In this document: positions 1-12,391 of the stretch, piece after piece
Layout: every line of letters starts with the position of its first letter
How positions within the stretch are numbered: position 1 is the first letter of the stretch
NCBI GenBank assembly: GCA_020891255.1
Contig: BQFW01000013.1
Span: forward strand, 992,001 to 1,056,000
Direction: 5' to 3'
Source: Entomortierella parvispora E1425
Lineage: Eukaryota; Fungi; Mortierellomycota
Length of the DNA stretch: 64,000 nucleotides
The notes under the pieces: model-generated
Told to the model about the DNA's origin: nothing
Databases searched by the model: none
Seen by the model: only the letters and a program-made list of their open reading frames with translations
Made by a program: the position numbers and the translations under genes

Positions 1-387
1 AGCCTTTTCAAAGGCTTCACCCAAAATCTTGACGGTTCTGTTCTGCTCCAGGAGCAACGTTGTCTTGAATCGAGTGTCCTTGGACTCCATGGGGGGCATA
101 TCGCAAATGATTTTGCCATTCATGTAGACTTGGACGCTCTTCCAAAATCTGCCCTGATTCAAAAACTGCTGGATCAAGGAGGGATCGGTCAGTTGAAGAA
201 TCTCCAGAGTACGGGCATGGATGCTGACAGCTTTGGAGAGAGGCGACGTAAAAGGGTCACGCTCCAGGACTCGAACAGGGATGTTCATCTTTGCAAGAAG
301 GAGACCAGCCATGAGACCTGTAGGTCCTGCACCACAGATCAGAACTGGGATCTCGGAAGTTTTTGTTTCCGGTGCAGTTGTAGCCAT
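1..387 (-). CDS. FAD-dependent monooxygenase (FAD_binding_3, PheA/TfdB-like), 5' part only; runs off the window start
   Basis: Not in the ORF track. ATG at 387 reads MATTAPETKTSEIPVLICGAGPTGLMAGLLLAKMNIPVRVLERD...SKAVSIHARTLEILQ, open to base 1. It has the Rossmann GxGxxG motif and the following 'LERD...SKA..IHARTLE' pattern typical of flavoprotein aromatic hydroxylases. Confidence 0.9.
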   Translation of the reverse strand, partial: MATTAPETKTSEIPVLICGAGPTGLMAGLLLAKMNIPVRVLERDPFTSPLSKAVSIHARTLEILQLTDPSLIQQFLNQGRFWKSVQVYMNGKIICDMPPMESKDTRFKTTLLLEQNRTVKILGEAFEKA

Positions 388-895
388 TATTGTTGTGCGA
401 GCAGGATGTTTGGAGATGAAGAAAAAGAGGGATGGCGAATGAAGAGATGGGTTGGGAATGAAGGAATGGGATGAGAGTAGAATGAGATGAGATGAGGACT
501 TCTTTCTCTCTTGTAGACGTCGCGTGGTTCGGCGCGTGCTCTCGACGTCCTTCCAGGCACACGGGAATCCATGGCAAAACAATGCGCCGGCATGAACGAA
601 TGACATGCGCAGATAGAGAGGGGAAAGGAAGGTAGCTCTTCTCTCTCTCCTCTCCCTCTCTCTCCTCCTACCTACATCCCATTCATGGTTACACCTGCTA
701 TTCTTCAAACTTTTTTTATTGTCATTAGGGTATGTACTTGAAGAGGATGCCAGGAATGATGATGCTTGATGATGCTAGATGACGTGCTGGGATATGAACC
801 ACATGCTTTCATCTTTTTGTGTTTTTGGAAAGAGATTTGACGCTGTTGGGCTGGGCTTGGGCTGGGCGAGGCTAGACTTGTTTACAACGTGGCAT

Positions 896-1333
896 TTATC
901 CATGGCGCAGGTTGGCATCTCCATGGTGCTGATTCATTGACCGCGCCTCTTTGAGGAAATCGGGTGTCAACCGCCTTGAATGGTGAGTACTCGGTGCCTG
1001 TTGCTGATGTTGATCGGCCTCATTCGTTGGTGACTCGACTGGGATAGAGCCGTTACTATCGTGTCGTTGTCTCTCCAGACGCCCAAGGATTTCCTTGATC
1101 GTGTCTTCGCCCCTCTTTTGCAGCTCGGGCGTCACCTGGAAAGATGCTCGCGTGGGCTGCTTTTCCGTCGTTGCAGATACTGTTGCTACCGTGACTGGAG
1201 TTGTTGAATTGTGCAGCATGTGTGCATTGGAGGCGCGGAAGTACGGCTCAGTTTGGCAGTGGAGATCGTGGTGGTGTTTTAGTGGGTGATCATGGTGGTG
1301 GACCCTGGAAGGCAGCTGTGTTGACGACGACAT
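896..1333 (-). CDS. Hypothetical orphan protein, about 145 aa (His/Thr/Gln-rich)
   Basis: Second part of track ORF 896..1492, from ATG 1333 (MSSSTQLPSRVHHHDH...ELQKRGEDTIKEILGRLERQ...) to TAA 896. Composition looks coding and there is one predicted amphipathic helix, but I recognise no family. Confidence 0.4.
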   Translation of the reverse strand: MSSSTQLPSRVHHHDHPLKHHHDLHCQTEPYFRASNAHMLHNSTTPVTVATVSATTEKQPTRASFQVTPELQKRGEDTIKEILGRLERQRHDSNGSIPVESPTNEADQHQQQAPSTHHSRRLTPDFLKEARSMNQHHGDANLRHG

Positions 1334-1980
1334 GATGAGAATAGATGGAGCGTGGGGATCAGGCTGAAGGTCAATTTTTGAGTGAGTGAGTTGGAGACAA
1401 CAAGAGAGAACAGGAGCCATGTCTTTTATACGTGGAGACATGGGTGGGGCGAGGGGGCGAAGAAAAAAAAAGTTTCCGACACCATGCGGCACAGTCGACG
1501 GTCAATTGATCAAGTGAACCTCCTCGGGTCCGCCTCTGTTTTGTAATGTCCACGTTACGGTGGCACAACAGGGACCTTTGCCTCGACACCAGACTCGATC
1601 CGCGGGAAAAAGGAGCGGACTTCATTATTAATTCTGGCTGGGAAATGGCTCACGTCGAAAGTGAAAGTGAACGGACAGAGGTAAGAGGATGTGGTTCGCT
1701 CCCATGCTCCCCCTCCCTGGCCCGTTCCCGACCATCACATATCACAAGGTCTAAAATTCTCTTTTTTGGAAAAGATCACAAGAGTGAAAAAGTGCTGCGG
1801 TGCAGACCTCTTTCTGGGTCATCGGAAAGAGACACGATGAGCCCCCTCTCCTCACCTAGGGACACGGGGCATGTCCCAAAGGGGACGAGCATCCCGCCCA
1901 TCCTCGTCGACATCGGCATCCGTGAGGTGGAAGAAAGCCAGTAAAAAAAAAAGCGCAGACGTGTTTTTATTGTAGAGTCC

Positions 1981-4539
1981 CTATAGCATCAAAGCCCAAC
2001 CCAAGTTATCCCACCATGCCCCAAATCCAAAGCAAGTGCCTCCGCCACCGATACCAAGGACACGACCACGACTAGGGTCTAAAGCCGTGGCATGACCCAC
2101 CATGACTAGCTCCTTGAACTTGGACAGCTTCAAAGGAGTAAACGACCCTCGACTCGGCTGGATCTCAATCACCGTTTCATGCCATTGAAGTAGCCCAGGC
2201 GCAGACACGCCACCAAAGACCCATATCCGATCTTCATCAATCGCGACAGCTGTATGTCCGAACCTCGGGGAAAGCTCCTCCCCATTCATGGCTGCCATAG
2301 GAAGCTTGGACGCCTCAGCCCAACACTGCCCATCCTCGCTCACGCCTAGGCTCACTTTCCAAACGCCGTTTTGAACTTGCTCATCGAGGGCGCGGATACC
2401 ACCGATCACAATTAGTTGGCTGTTTTGTCCATCGGCATCGCTCATCACCACAGCACTATGCGAGAATAGTCCAGGAATACGACTTTCCGGGCCTGGCGTC
2501 CTCCAATCAAATCGGCCCCACTGGCCTTCCTGTAAATCAAAGGCGTAGATTTGTTCGTTTGCCACACCTGTCGAGATACACCCTCCAAAAATAACCAACA
2601 TCTCTCTGCCAGAGACCATCATCATGTTTGCTGTGTGTTTGTACAGGCCTTTTGGTGCAGCAGTGTCCTCCTGAAGGTTCATTCTACCGCGCCATAATGG
2701 ATCCCAACCGTCCTCAGGCGTGAATCGCCATACATCGTTATGGACCTTGGCTGGTCCATCGCGGCCACTATAGACGTACATAGCAGAGCCATCCAGAGTC
2801 GCTGCCGCTGCATGATACATTCTGGGAGCAGGTCCATCCTCTGTTCTAGGCAAAGTTTGTCCGGTTCCAGTCTTCAGATCCAGTTGAATGAGTGACCCGA
2901 GTCGAGATTGCTGCTGTGGTCGTAACTGGAATACCCTTGGGTCTTCGGTTGGTTCGTTGGCGTCCACCCCAAAGCCTCCAAATACAAACGCCTGGTCGCC
3001 TAGGACAGTGAGCGTATGGCCCTTCCGATTGACTTCCAAGCCAGGAAAGGGAACTTGATCAGACCAGGATACTGGCGTCGAGGGACTTGAGACAGCTACT
3101 TTGGATGACGGGACGTTGTTTTGGCTGCTGGTCAAGTAGCTACTCTGATCCACATGTGCTTTTGACAGCGCTTCCGTATCGGCCAATTTAGCACGCAGGC
3201 CGATATGCTGGAGGACATCTGGACTTTCGGATGAGTTCTGGGAACCGCTCGAAGCGACTGCCATAAAGTAGTATGCCCCGATCCAATAAAGTTCATCGTA
3301 CTCGTCAAATGGTTCCAGCTCACATATCCTTTGATGCTCCTCTGGTGTAGTCATAACAACATAGTCCGTAAACAAGGTCATGTTCAGAATGTCGCAGTTT
3401 GCCCATCCAAGCTCCTGAAGGCGATTCTGATGATCCTCCAGGCTCCTGTACTCTTGTAAAGTCCTCAGGGGTGTCATTGTTCTCTCGAAGTGCCGAAACA
3501 TGGTGACTGCAAAAGGGTGCAGATTCTCATCCTCGTTCTCTGGGTCAAATGTTGGAATGCACTGCTCATGGAGCACAAATGTAGCTGAGTTGGAGGGCAT
3601 ATTCGCGTTAGAGCTCTGCTATTCGTACAACAGACAAAAACTGGACCAAGTGATAGATAGGAGGTTTACCTTCTGGATATTGCGCAAAATATCTGATCAC
3701 GGCGTCCGACTCGTCAAGGCCAAGATATGCAAGGACAACCTCGGATACGACTAGGATTGGCATCCTCTTTCCATCTTTCTGTATGCCCGCTGACTTTAGT
3801 GCTGTCTCCAGTTGATCCAAGTTTCTCAGGTCGACTCCTACACACGAGTACGACTCTGAGACAAACCCACCAATGTCATCCACAGATGGGTCCTCAGGCA
3901 ATAGATCAAAAAGCTTGCTCTCCTTCCGCACCATGTAGAGTCTCTCTGTGATTAATGTCGGATAGTCAATATCGACGTACTTCAGAGTTGTCCCAGTCGT
4001 CTTTTGCTTCCTTAGAGTCGCCAGTCGGAAAAAGGTTGGATCACTATTGTGGTTACGGATGACCCGACATTAATATGTCTTTAACATTAACAAAATGCTC
4101 TTCAGGCTCGATTCACAAAACATACAATCCGCATCCGAGCGAGACAACTGCGCAGGTTTCCACTCCTTTGGCCTCACAGGCGTCGATCCAGCCTTCGACA
4201 AGCACTCTGATGCCTTGAGTTCGTTGGTAATAGGCGCGGTTGATGACGGGCGAGCGACGACTTGGTTTAGGGACCACATATTTGAACATAAGAGGCGAAT
4301 CCCGCTCGGTGCTGTTGGGGACGTGACATGGATCGAGATATCCTAGACGCTCAAGACTTCTCTTTGACGTTATGCTGGAGGTGTTGGTGCCTAGCGACAA
4401 GAAAGATTATTGAATGTTCTTTTTCATGGCCATGAGCACGCGAACACAAAGCATGTCCATTCAATTATAAGAATTATAAGACAGGCGGGCGCTTACCCTG
4501 GATGGCGAGATCGGTTGCCTCGTCTCCTGCGTTGCTCAT
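1981..4539 (-). CDS. TYW4: tRNA wybutosine-synthesizing protein 4 / leucine carboxyl methyltransferase 2 (LCM domain plus Kelch repeats), about 761 aa
   Basis: Exons 4539-4497, 4390-4126, 4043-3670, 3584-1981, all GT-AG and phase-consistent. LCM motifs IQGTNTSSITSKRSLERLGY, RRSPVINRAYYQR, VVSLGCGFDPTFFRL, YVDIDYP and VSEVVLAYL are followed by Kelch repeats (GHT..VFGG, YHAA..YSGR, KHT..IFGG, SHS..VIGG, GHT..VFGG, GHA..IGGG). This is the PPM2/TYW4/LCMT2 architecture. Confidence 0.9.
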
Positions 4540-4785
4540 GGTGTAAGTTGATGAGGAAGAGTGAGCATTAAGCATGCGCGTCGCGAAAGAAACAGGCCAT
4601 GCATTCATGCGACTCGAGGGGTGAGCATCTTAAGGGTGTAGAGTGGCCACAGACAACGCACGCCAACCACGCACGCGGAGAATTGTTGTTGTCCTTTTTT
4701 TCTTTTTGCGTGCGTTGTTTGTCAGTTGCCTGGCATGGCAGAAAGGGGCACAGAGTCGATCCCCCTTCTCTGGCACGGTTGCAGA

Positions 4786-4812
4786 GCAGATGGTGCAGAT
4801 GGTGCAGATGGT
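4786..4812. repeat. Tandem repeat (GCAGATGGT)3 in the divergent TYW4/DUF4203 intergenic region
   Basis: Three exact 9-nt copies read directly. Confidence 0.85.
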
Positions 4813-5284
4813 GCGGCAGGGGCAGGTCAGCCTTGCTGATAGACTAATCACGGTCAGATGTTCCTTTGGCCTGCACTTTCTTTGTCAAGAGAGGTCAAGA
4901 GAGGTCAAGGACAATGAGAAAAGAGGGGCTCGCAAGAAGGAACAGAAGAACAGCAGGGCAGTAAAAGAGAGGGAATGAACAAACATGCACAACTGCTACT
5001 CCTGCTCCTGGATGGATGATATGGTCCGTGGTTGTGTGTCGTGAAATAAAAAAGCGGGAAGGCAGGTGCACCCAAGGACCCTTTTGCCTCTCTTCCTCCC
5101 TTGTCTTCTTCCTTCCTCCTCCCCTACTGAGTCTCTCGTCCTCTTCCTCCTCCACACAAAAGTGACCAGAAGACCTCCCTTCTCCTCCCTCCAGGCCAAC
5201 CTCCTTCACTTCTCCACGGGAATGACACCCCGCCTACTGTAGCCTCTCTCTCCTTCCACCCTTCCCTGTCAGCGCACTCTCACC

Positions 5285-7067
5285 ATGTTCAGGACTGACA
5301 AATCCCTGTACCTAGGACTCTTGGCCCTCTGCTGTCTGTCCTTCCTGACATGCACTGCAGCCTTGCCGCTTCTGAACAGCACGGTTACGCCCATAGGAGG
5401 CGACCAGGATGTCAATCTGAATGTCGGCCAACACGTCCGAGTTACGTCCGAGAACTGGGGCCTGGGCGTGGTCCTGATCGTTTTTGGCCTGATGGAGGTC
5501 TTCTATGGCTTTAAGCTCATTCGTATCACCTTGATCGTCGCAGGGTTTCTCTCGTGGGGTAGGTGGATGCACAGATGGTTATAATGGACATTTGTTCTTG
5601 GTCCTGACAACTTGCACCTTGCTTTTAGCAATTGCCGCCATGATGATCATGGTGGCTATCCGTTGGGATCTTGTCTATACAACCTTCATGCCCCAATACT
5701 ACTATCTCTGGGTTTGGCTTCTTGCGGGACTCATAGGAGCTACGCTATCATTTCGATACTGGGATCTTGGCGTGACTTTCACAGGCGCATTCGGAGGATT
5801 TGCAGTGGCCATGGGGATCATCGCTGCCGCCAATTTAGCCTTCACGAATGCAGGACGATACGTTATCTTAGCCATCCTGATCCTTTGTGGCGCCGCCGTC
5901 GCCACGTTTTATGAGCGCGTTTTTATCATCCTCGGAACCAGTTTCGGTGGCGCCTACATGTTTATGTTTGGTCTGGACGAGTTTGTACAGGTCGGCTATC
6001 GCGAGATGATCGTCATCTTTGATTTCACAGGCCAGACCTTGGTCTATCACCCAAATGCCTATGTCTACGCGATGTTGGGGTCCTCCCTCGTCCTTGCAGG
6101 GCTGGGTATTGCATGGGAGTTTTGGCACCACGAGACTCCGTTCTTTGTCGACCGAAAAGAATTGTTCAGGATATATGGCCGTCCATTTGGAAAGAGACCT
6201 CGGAAGTTGGCCGGGCAAAGGATTCATCAGCATCTGCAGACAAAGGAATGGTATGCGTACATTCGAAGCTGCGCCTGCCTGAAACGCTGGACTATTGAGG
6301 ATGTGCTTTATAATGAGGAAGATTGTGTAGCCGAGATCGGGCAGGCAGCTCCCACAATAGAGAGTGTTCCACAGGCAGGAGAGCTTCCTTCTTCTGTTGC
6401 GGACCCCGAATCATCCTCTAAGGGCGAGAAGACACAGGGCTCTGGAGCGGGAGAAGTTCCTCTCAAAACAGCACCTATGGATGATCCGACATCGGGCCCT
6501 CAAGAACAAACAACCGGCAGCAGTAGCGACCGGAAACCAGAAGCAGTAGCCGCCTCTAAAACTTTGAGCTCAGAGGGTACAAGCACGAACATTCCTAAAC
6601 CGGCATCATCGCCGACCGCTGCGACGGAGTCGGAAAAAGCAACATCTACGAGCACTACCGCCACAATAACGACATCGTCTACAACTTCGATGACTGAGCA
6701 CATTGGCTCCTCTAGCCGAGTCGAGAGCCATGGTGTTTATGGTGCACATTTACCCTTTGTACCCACACAAAGTACACACCCTGGACCACACCATCCATTG
6801 TTTTCTTCGCATATCGGCACGCACACCATGGAGCTCGTCGGTTTGGTTGCCGATGACATGTCCCCTGGTAACACCATTCCAAGAGAGTACATGGCTCAGC
6901 GTCCGTCGTCCGCCTCTGCTGCGACATCTGGAATATTGCCCCACCTACCTTTAGCTACCCCACAAGTTCTTCACATGTTCGAGTTCTCAGAGAACACTTT
7001 GGCCTCTTCGCACAAATCGCAAGGCTCTGAGAGCTCATTGGAAGGAGACACGAAGAACGATAGCTGA
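5285..7067 (+). CDS. Multi-pass membrane protein, DUF4203 (TM7S3/TMEM198-like), about 570 aa
   Basis: Exons 5285-5558 and 5629-7067 (GTAGGT...TTTTAG, phase 1). N-terminal signal peptide, then about 7 Gly-rich hydrophobic helices (LIVFGLMEVFYGFKLIR, GAFGGF, IILGTSFGGAY..MFGLD.F), then a Ser/Thr-rich disordered tail. Confidence 0.8.
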
Positions 7068-7841
7068 GATGAGATAACGAACTGGGAGGATGTTGTCTCC
7101 CTTCCTTTTGTCCCTTAGTTTGTTTCCCAACATTTTTCTCCATGCACACTCCAAGACTGTTTACAGATAGCCATTTCTGAGAAAGAGAGGCGTTGCGTGA
7201 GTCAAGAGTACATTCCCCCTAATTACATATTAATATTGTCGTATTTTCATGTGGAGAGCAAGCATGCCTCTGAATGAATCTCTTTTGCGCTGTTCGTTGG
7301 CAAGGAAGGTTGAGCAGTCGCAAGACTCAAACCTTGGATCAATTACGATTTGCCACACCATGCTTTGGGGTGAAGGAGGCAAAGCAGAGGTGCTCGCAAG
7401 GGTGCACTCAATCGAGAAAGGGGAACAAGGGTATCTATCTATTCTCTTGGCCAGAAAAGGGCGGAATAATTTCGGTTTTTTGTTTCTGTTGTATCAGGCG
7501 CTCCGTGGGCACAAAGTTCTTTTTTTGAATCCGCTCTCTCAGAGTATCCCCGCTCTGTGTCAGTCTTCTCTTTATCTCTTTCTTCTTTTCCCTCACCTTT
7601 GTACATCTAATCCTCTATTCCTCTATTCTTGTAATCTCTCCCATCCTTATCTTCTCCACACCTTACCTCGCACCTTCACTCTCAACTCAACGCTATCCCT
7701 GCTGCCTTGTCGTATTCTCGCTCCTCCAGTTCGATCCCCCCCTACTGTAGTTTCATCCTTGGGCCATTCCCACCTCCGCCTCACCCCCGCTTTCCCACAC
7801 AAGTCCTTCTCCACATCGAGGTCTCTCCTCCGCTGATCACG

Positions 7842-10800
7842 ATGTCTTCTACCACATCGGCGGCCTTTTCTCCTACTTCTCCAACAGCTGTTTCCACCCC
7901 AGCAATATCATCCAACAACTTTGGGGCTCGCAAGGTAGAGCCGCTGGTCTTTCTGCCAAGACGATCCTTGGTCCCAGAGTCCATGCTTTCGCCCTTGATC
8001 GAATTTCCCAAACCCAGTCCCAGTAGCCAGTCTTCCACTTCTTCCAAATCGTCCAAAGTCTCTTCTCCAGAGGCATCGTCGCTATCGTCATCTTCTCATT
8101 CCAGGACTCCACACACCCCTCCAGCAAGCTCCCCCGATGCCACTCTAAATCCTAAACCCAACCATTCAAATCGGCCAGGTTTCCATCGTGGAGACACGGT
8201 CGTGAACCCTATTGATCATGGTACCGAAAAGGGGGGAAAGGACAGTGACAAAGAGGGTGCAGACCCACAACAACGGAAGCCAAAGCTGGATCTTGATCAA
8301 AGCAACTCCTTCCAGCTCAGAAAAGAGGACCCATTGGCGGCGCAGGTGTGGTGGCTGTACACAAAAGCCAAGGACACATTGCCGGATGGCCGTCGTCTCG
8401 AGAACTTGACCTGGCGTATGATGGGTATGACGCTGCTCCAGAAGAAGGACTTTATGGATCTCTTCAACTACCGAAGCAGCATCAGTCTCAACAAGGGTCT
8501 GCACAGTGATAGTGGGGAGAGTGGTAACAGCAGCGACAGCAGCGTTAGCAGTTCCAGCAGCAATGGGGGTCGTCGTCGTCGAGGCAGCAGAACCAAGAGA
8601 CACAATGGACCTGGCGGCAGCAACAGCAAGCATGGCAGCAGACAAGAAACCCACTCGCCAGAAAGGTTCGTGCATTTCTTTTTAATTGTTTTATTCTCCT
8701 ACACAGTCTCTCGTCATTGGCGTTCATCTTTCCCGCCGGTCGGTCGTTGGGCTTATCTTTTTTGAAAGCGCGAAGGCCATTTTTATTACTTCATTTCTTT
8801 TTGCGGCTGGTACATTTTGAGCAAGGCCGAGAAAGAGAGCGGATGTCCTATGTCCTGGAGGATAGAGGGAGAGTCAGGGGGGAATGACTTTCTTAAGGTC
8901 CCACAGAGATAATGCAGTGTAAGAGATGGAAAGGCGGGCCCAGAAGTATCGCTCTACAGATAGTGACACCCTGTCTTTGACAAGGACCATGGCGACATCT
9001 CTCCACATAACCCCCTGTCAACTCCCAAACACAAATGAGCTGTAGACCCAGTCGGCCAACAGCACCTGTCGCACATGGTCATTTTTTTGGTGCCTTTTTG
9101 TTTGTGCTCTTGGTTTTTTCCTCGGTCCCTGATCATAGTTTTGTGCTCCGTGTGCAGACAGACAGACGAGGACAGGAGGACGGTTTTTTTTCCTCTCTTT
9201 TTCTCTCAGTTCTCTTCATTGTTGTTTGCTCTCAACGCGTGCGGCCAAGGCAGAGATAACAGACCGAAACAATAACAAAGGAAAATGTGGGGTGGACATT
9301 CTAATCGAATTTGTGCGAAGGGAAAAGCAGCGTGGCGTCCATGGGGTGTGATACCGAAATCAAAACATAAACAAACCTGTAAGATAAGAGGCTGGGCGAA
9401 GACGCAGACGATCGAATAAGCAGAGAGGCGGTCTGGAGTATTGTTGGCAGGCGGTTTCAATTCAAACAGCTATCGAAACAGTGTCCCCGCTGCGAGGCAC
9501 TGAGTGGCTGGCCCGAAATAGGGTTCGTATCCAGAGGGCTTATTTGTGTCTCAATGCAGTCATCCCTCCACGGGGGCCCCTTTTACATCGCTGCAGGTAC
9601 AAGGAGCGATGAGATAGCGCCATGTGTGCATGACCTTGCTCAACGTCCCTTCCCTCCCTTCCTCGTCGCAATGCGACGAATGGGCAGCGGTGATTGTTTG
9701 CTACTGCAGATCGCAACAGTGTTGTTTTTCCCTGTGCCCTTTTTTTTTTTTTTTTTGACATCTTGTGATGTTCACGGGACAAGAGAAAGGTCATCCTCTC
9801 GTTCTCTTTGTTTCTTTCCCTTCTTTTCTTTCTTTTCTTTCTTCTCTTCCTCGCCCTGCTTGCACAACCAACCCCTCGTCGCCCATTTGTGGGTGGACGT
9901 CGATTGGATCGAACGTACTGAATGCTGTGGTTACAATTGACCCGACTGGCTGACCATCCTTCTTCTCCTTCCTTTTGTGCCCAAACTCTCTGTGGACCGA
10001 TTCAGTCTTAGTTCAGACGCCGAAGCAAGGAATAATGGGCAAAGTGCTGGCTCTCGTCTGTGTGACCCTAATCCGACCCCTTTGGACAGTAGCTCTGTGG
10101 ATCAACAGGGTCGTAATTTGCAGCCGGTCACAAGCCAATGGGCAGCTTCTTCGACCCCTGGGAGCGCGGACATGAGCATGTGCTGGCAAACAACTGCCCA
10201 GCCCTCATCTGCAGTCTCTTATCCAACCTCGACGCCGTTGTCCGCCATTTCGGCACAACAGCAGCAACAGACGCAACAGACGCAACAACAACAACAGCAG
10301 CAGCAACAGCAGGATGACGACCTGTTTCAGTTGGCCGAGGACATTGATGCAATCCTCACTTCTGAATACACTCTGAATCCTCAGACGAGTCGTCCTGAAC
10401 ATGGCGAGTTCTTCTCGAACAATACGGAAAACCAAATGCAATCGCATTTTGACTTTTCGTGGGCAGAGAGCCACCTGGAGACCACACCCAACAGACAGTC
10501 GGTACCATTGCAGCAACAACAACAACAACATGATATCGTGGCTTTGCACCCCGCTGCGGACACAGACACCAACTCTTCAACGGACTCGGAGACAGAGCTC
10601 GAGGTGGATGAGGAATCGCAGGATGAGGAGGATGAAAACAGCCCTCCCCCTCCTCCAACCGAGTGCACTCACTGTCACACCCAAACGACACCTCTCTGGC
10701 GCAGGGATGCTGAGGGACTGCCTCTTTGCAATGCTTGCGGACTTTTCTTGAAGCTTCATGGACGTGTCAGACCTCTGAGCCTGAAGTCGGACGTGATCAG

Positions 10801-11692
10801 GAAGCGCAATCGCGGAGGATTGAACTCCAAGGCAAACAAGAACTACACCAGCGGTGGAAGCAGCAATAACAGCAGCAAGCCCAAAGCAGCCCATGTGGAA
10901 TCAGGCTCATCGTCCAAGCATGATCAGGATAGCAGCAAGTCGAAACGTTGGAGCAGTCGGACACAAAAGAAATCCATACGGCACAACCGACCTTCGCCTA
11001 CCAAAGCTGGAAAGCCAAGGTTGCCATCCATCGTCACAACCCCTATCGAGGACGAGGAGGGTGGGGCCAGGACAGGTCCCTTGTCGCACCGAGGACCTGC
11101 TATCGGATACTTTTCGCCTTCGCCTCCACCCGCCTCTGCACCCGTGCTTCCGACGCCACCCCCATCAGTAACGTCCCATATCTCTCCAAAGCGCCAAAGG
11201 AGGGACTCGATGGACTCGAATAGTGGCATGACTGAGCATGGATCGGACCCATCGTCCTCCTCAGTGTCTCAGCTCCAGGGCGGTAACGGAGGCGGCAGTG
11301 TGTACTTTTCTTCACCGTCTTTTGATGCGACTGCATTCGCAAACTTGGATTTTGCCAGCGCAGCTGCCATGGCCATGGCCAACGGAGGGACAGCCAACTC
11401 GACCACTGGAGCTGGAGCTGGGGCTGGAGCAGCCTCATCGGTTCGGATGCCCAACATGCATCCTTACCACATATACCCAGACTTGCTCATGCTGCAGGAA
11501 CAACAACAACAGCAGCAGAATCTGCACCAGCAACAGCAACAGCGTCAACAACAGCAGTTCCAAGTGATGGCCTATCTTTCGCGCCAACAACATGGGCTCT
11601 ACCATGAGAACGGCCATGTCAACAACCATTTTAACACTAATAATAATCACAGCATTCAAAGCATTCTCAACAACAACAATGGTAACAACAGT

Positions 11693-11724
<32 letters not shown>

Positions 11725-12391
11725 CCACAACAACAACGGCATCGACTTGAACGTTCTTGCGGCAGCATATTTTTCCAGTCAGCAGCAGCAGCAGCAACAG
11801 CATCAGCAGCATCAGCAACAACAGCAACAACAGCAACAACAGCAACAACAGCAACAACAGCAACAACAGCAACAACAGCAACAACAGCAACAACCGCAAC
11901 AACAACCCCAGCAGCACAATCAGGGTGAGCCGCTCTGGAATTCGCAAATGCCAATCATGAACAATGGCAACAACGGTATGAACAGCGGAGAGATGGCCGC
12001 CGCCGTCAGCATGTTCTCCAATCGACTTTCAGGATCGAATGGTGCATCCATCTCCCCTCTCTTTTGGTCCCCGCCTTCCTTTGGCCCTTCACCGACAATG
12101 ACTGGCAGAACCGGCAATGGCGGTAATGGCAGCAGCGGTGTCGTCCCATCCTCCTCGTCTACTTCACCTTCAAGTACGAACCCAGCGGCTACACAGTGTC
12201 TGGAGACTCCGTCTATGGGTCATCGAGGAGGACACATGTACGGTCCATTGTTGTCGACGCCTACTGCATCCTTGGCACCCAGCTCAGCTACAACGCCGAT
12301 TTCGACTGTACCATTGTCGCAAGTCCTTCCTTTCAGTATTGATGATGGCTATGCAAGGTTACTAGACCAACTTCGTGATCGTTCCTCATAA
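7842..12391 (+). CDS. areA: AreA/Gat1/NIT2-like GATA nitrogen-regulatory transcription factor, about 1069 aa
   Basis: Exon 1 (7842-8665) has the DUF1752-type motif [36 protein letters not shown]. Exon 2 (10006-12391) has a C-X2-C-X17-C-X2-C finger, [50 protein letters not shown] (10664-10813), with the AreA-type loop Leu. Intron 8666-10005 (GTTCGT...TTCAG) is phase-2 consistent; a nearby acceptor at 10011 also keeps frame. The symbol means family-level similarity, not proven orthology. Confidence 0.85.
11693..11725 (+). repeat. (AAC)11 coding microsatellite, poly-Asn in the GATA factor
   Basis: Eleven consecutive AAC codons read directly. Confidence 0.9.
11813..11893 (+). repeat. (CAGCAACAA)9 perfect 9-mer array encoding 27 Gln in the GATA factor
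   Basis: Nine exact copies read directly. Confidence 0.9.

Noticed and set aside
7198-7204. TGAGTCA (Gcn4/CpcA-type site) upstream of the GATA gene
   Set aside because: About 8 such heptamers are expected in 64 kb and several others occur at unrelated positions; a single site is uninformative.
9495-9545. GGGTTCGTATCC resembling a tRNA T-loop or B-box
   Set aside because: It deviates from GTTCRANNC and I could not fold a cloverleaf or find an A-box.
10205-11960. Antisense and off-frame ORFs rich in Leu, Val, Cys or Ala (also at 53910-54854, 56351-56659 and 58477-58686)
   Set aside because: Shadow translations of CAG/CAA/AAC repeats in the real genes.
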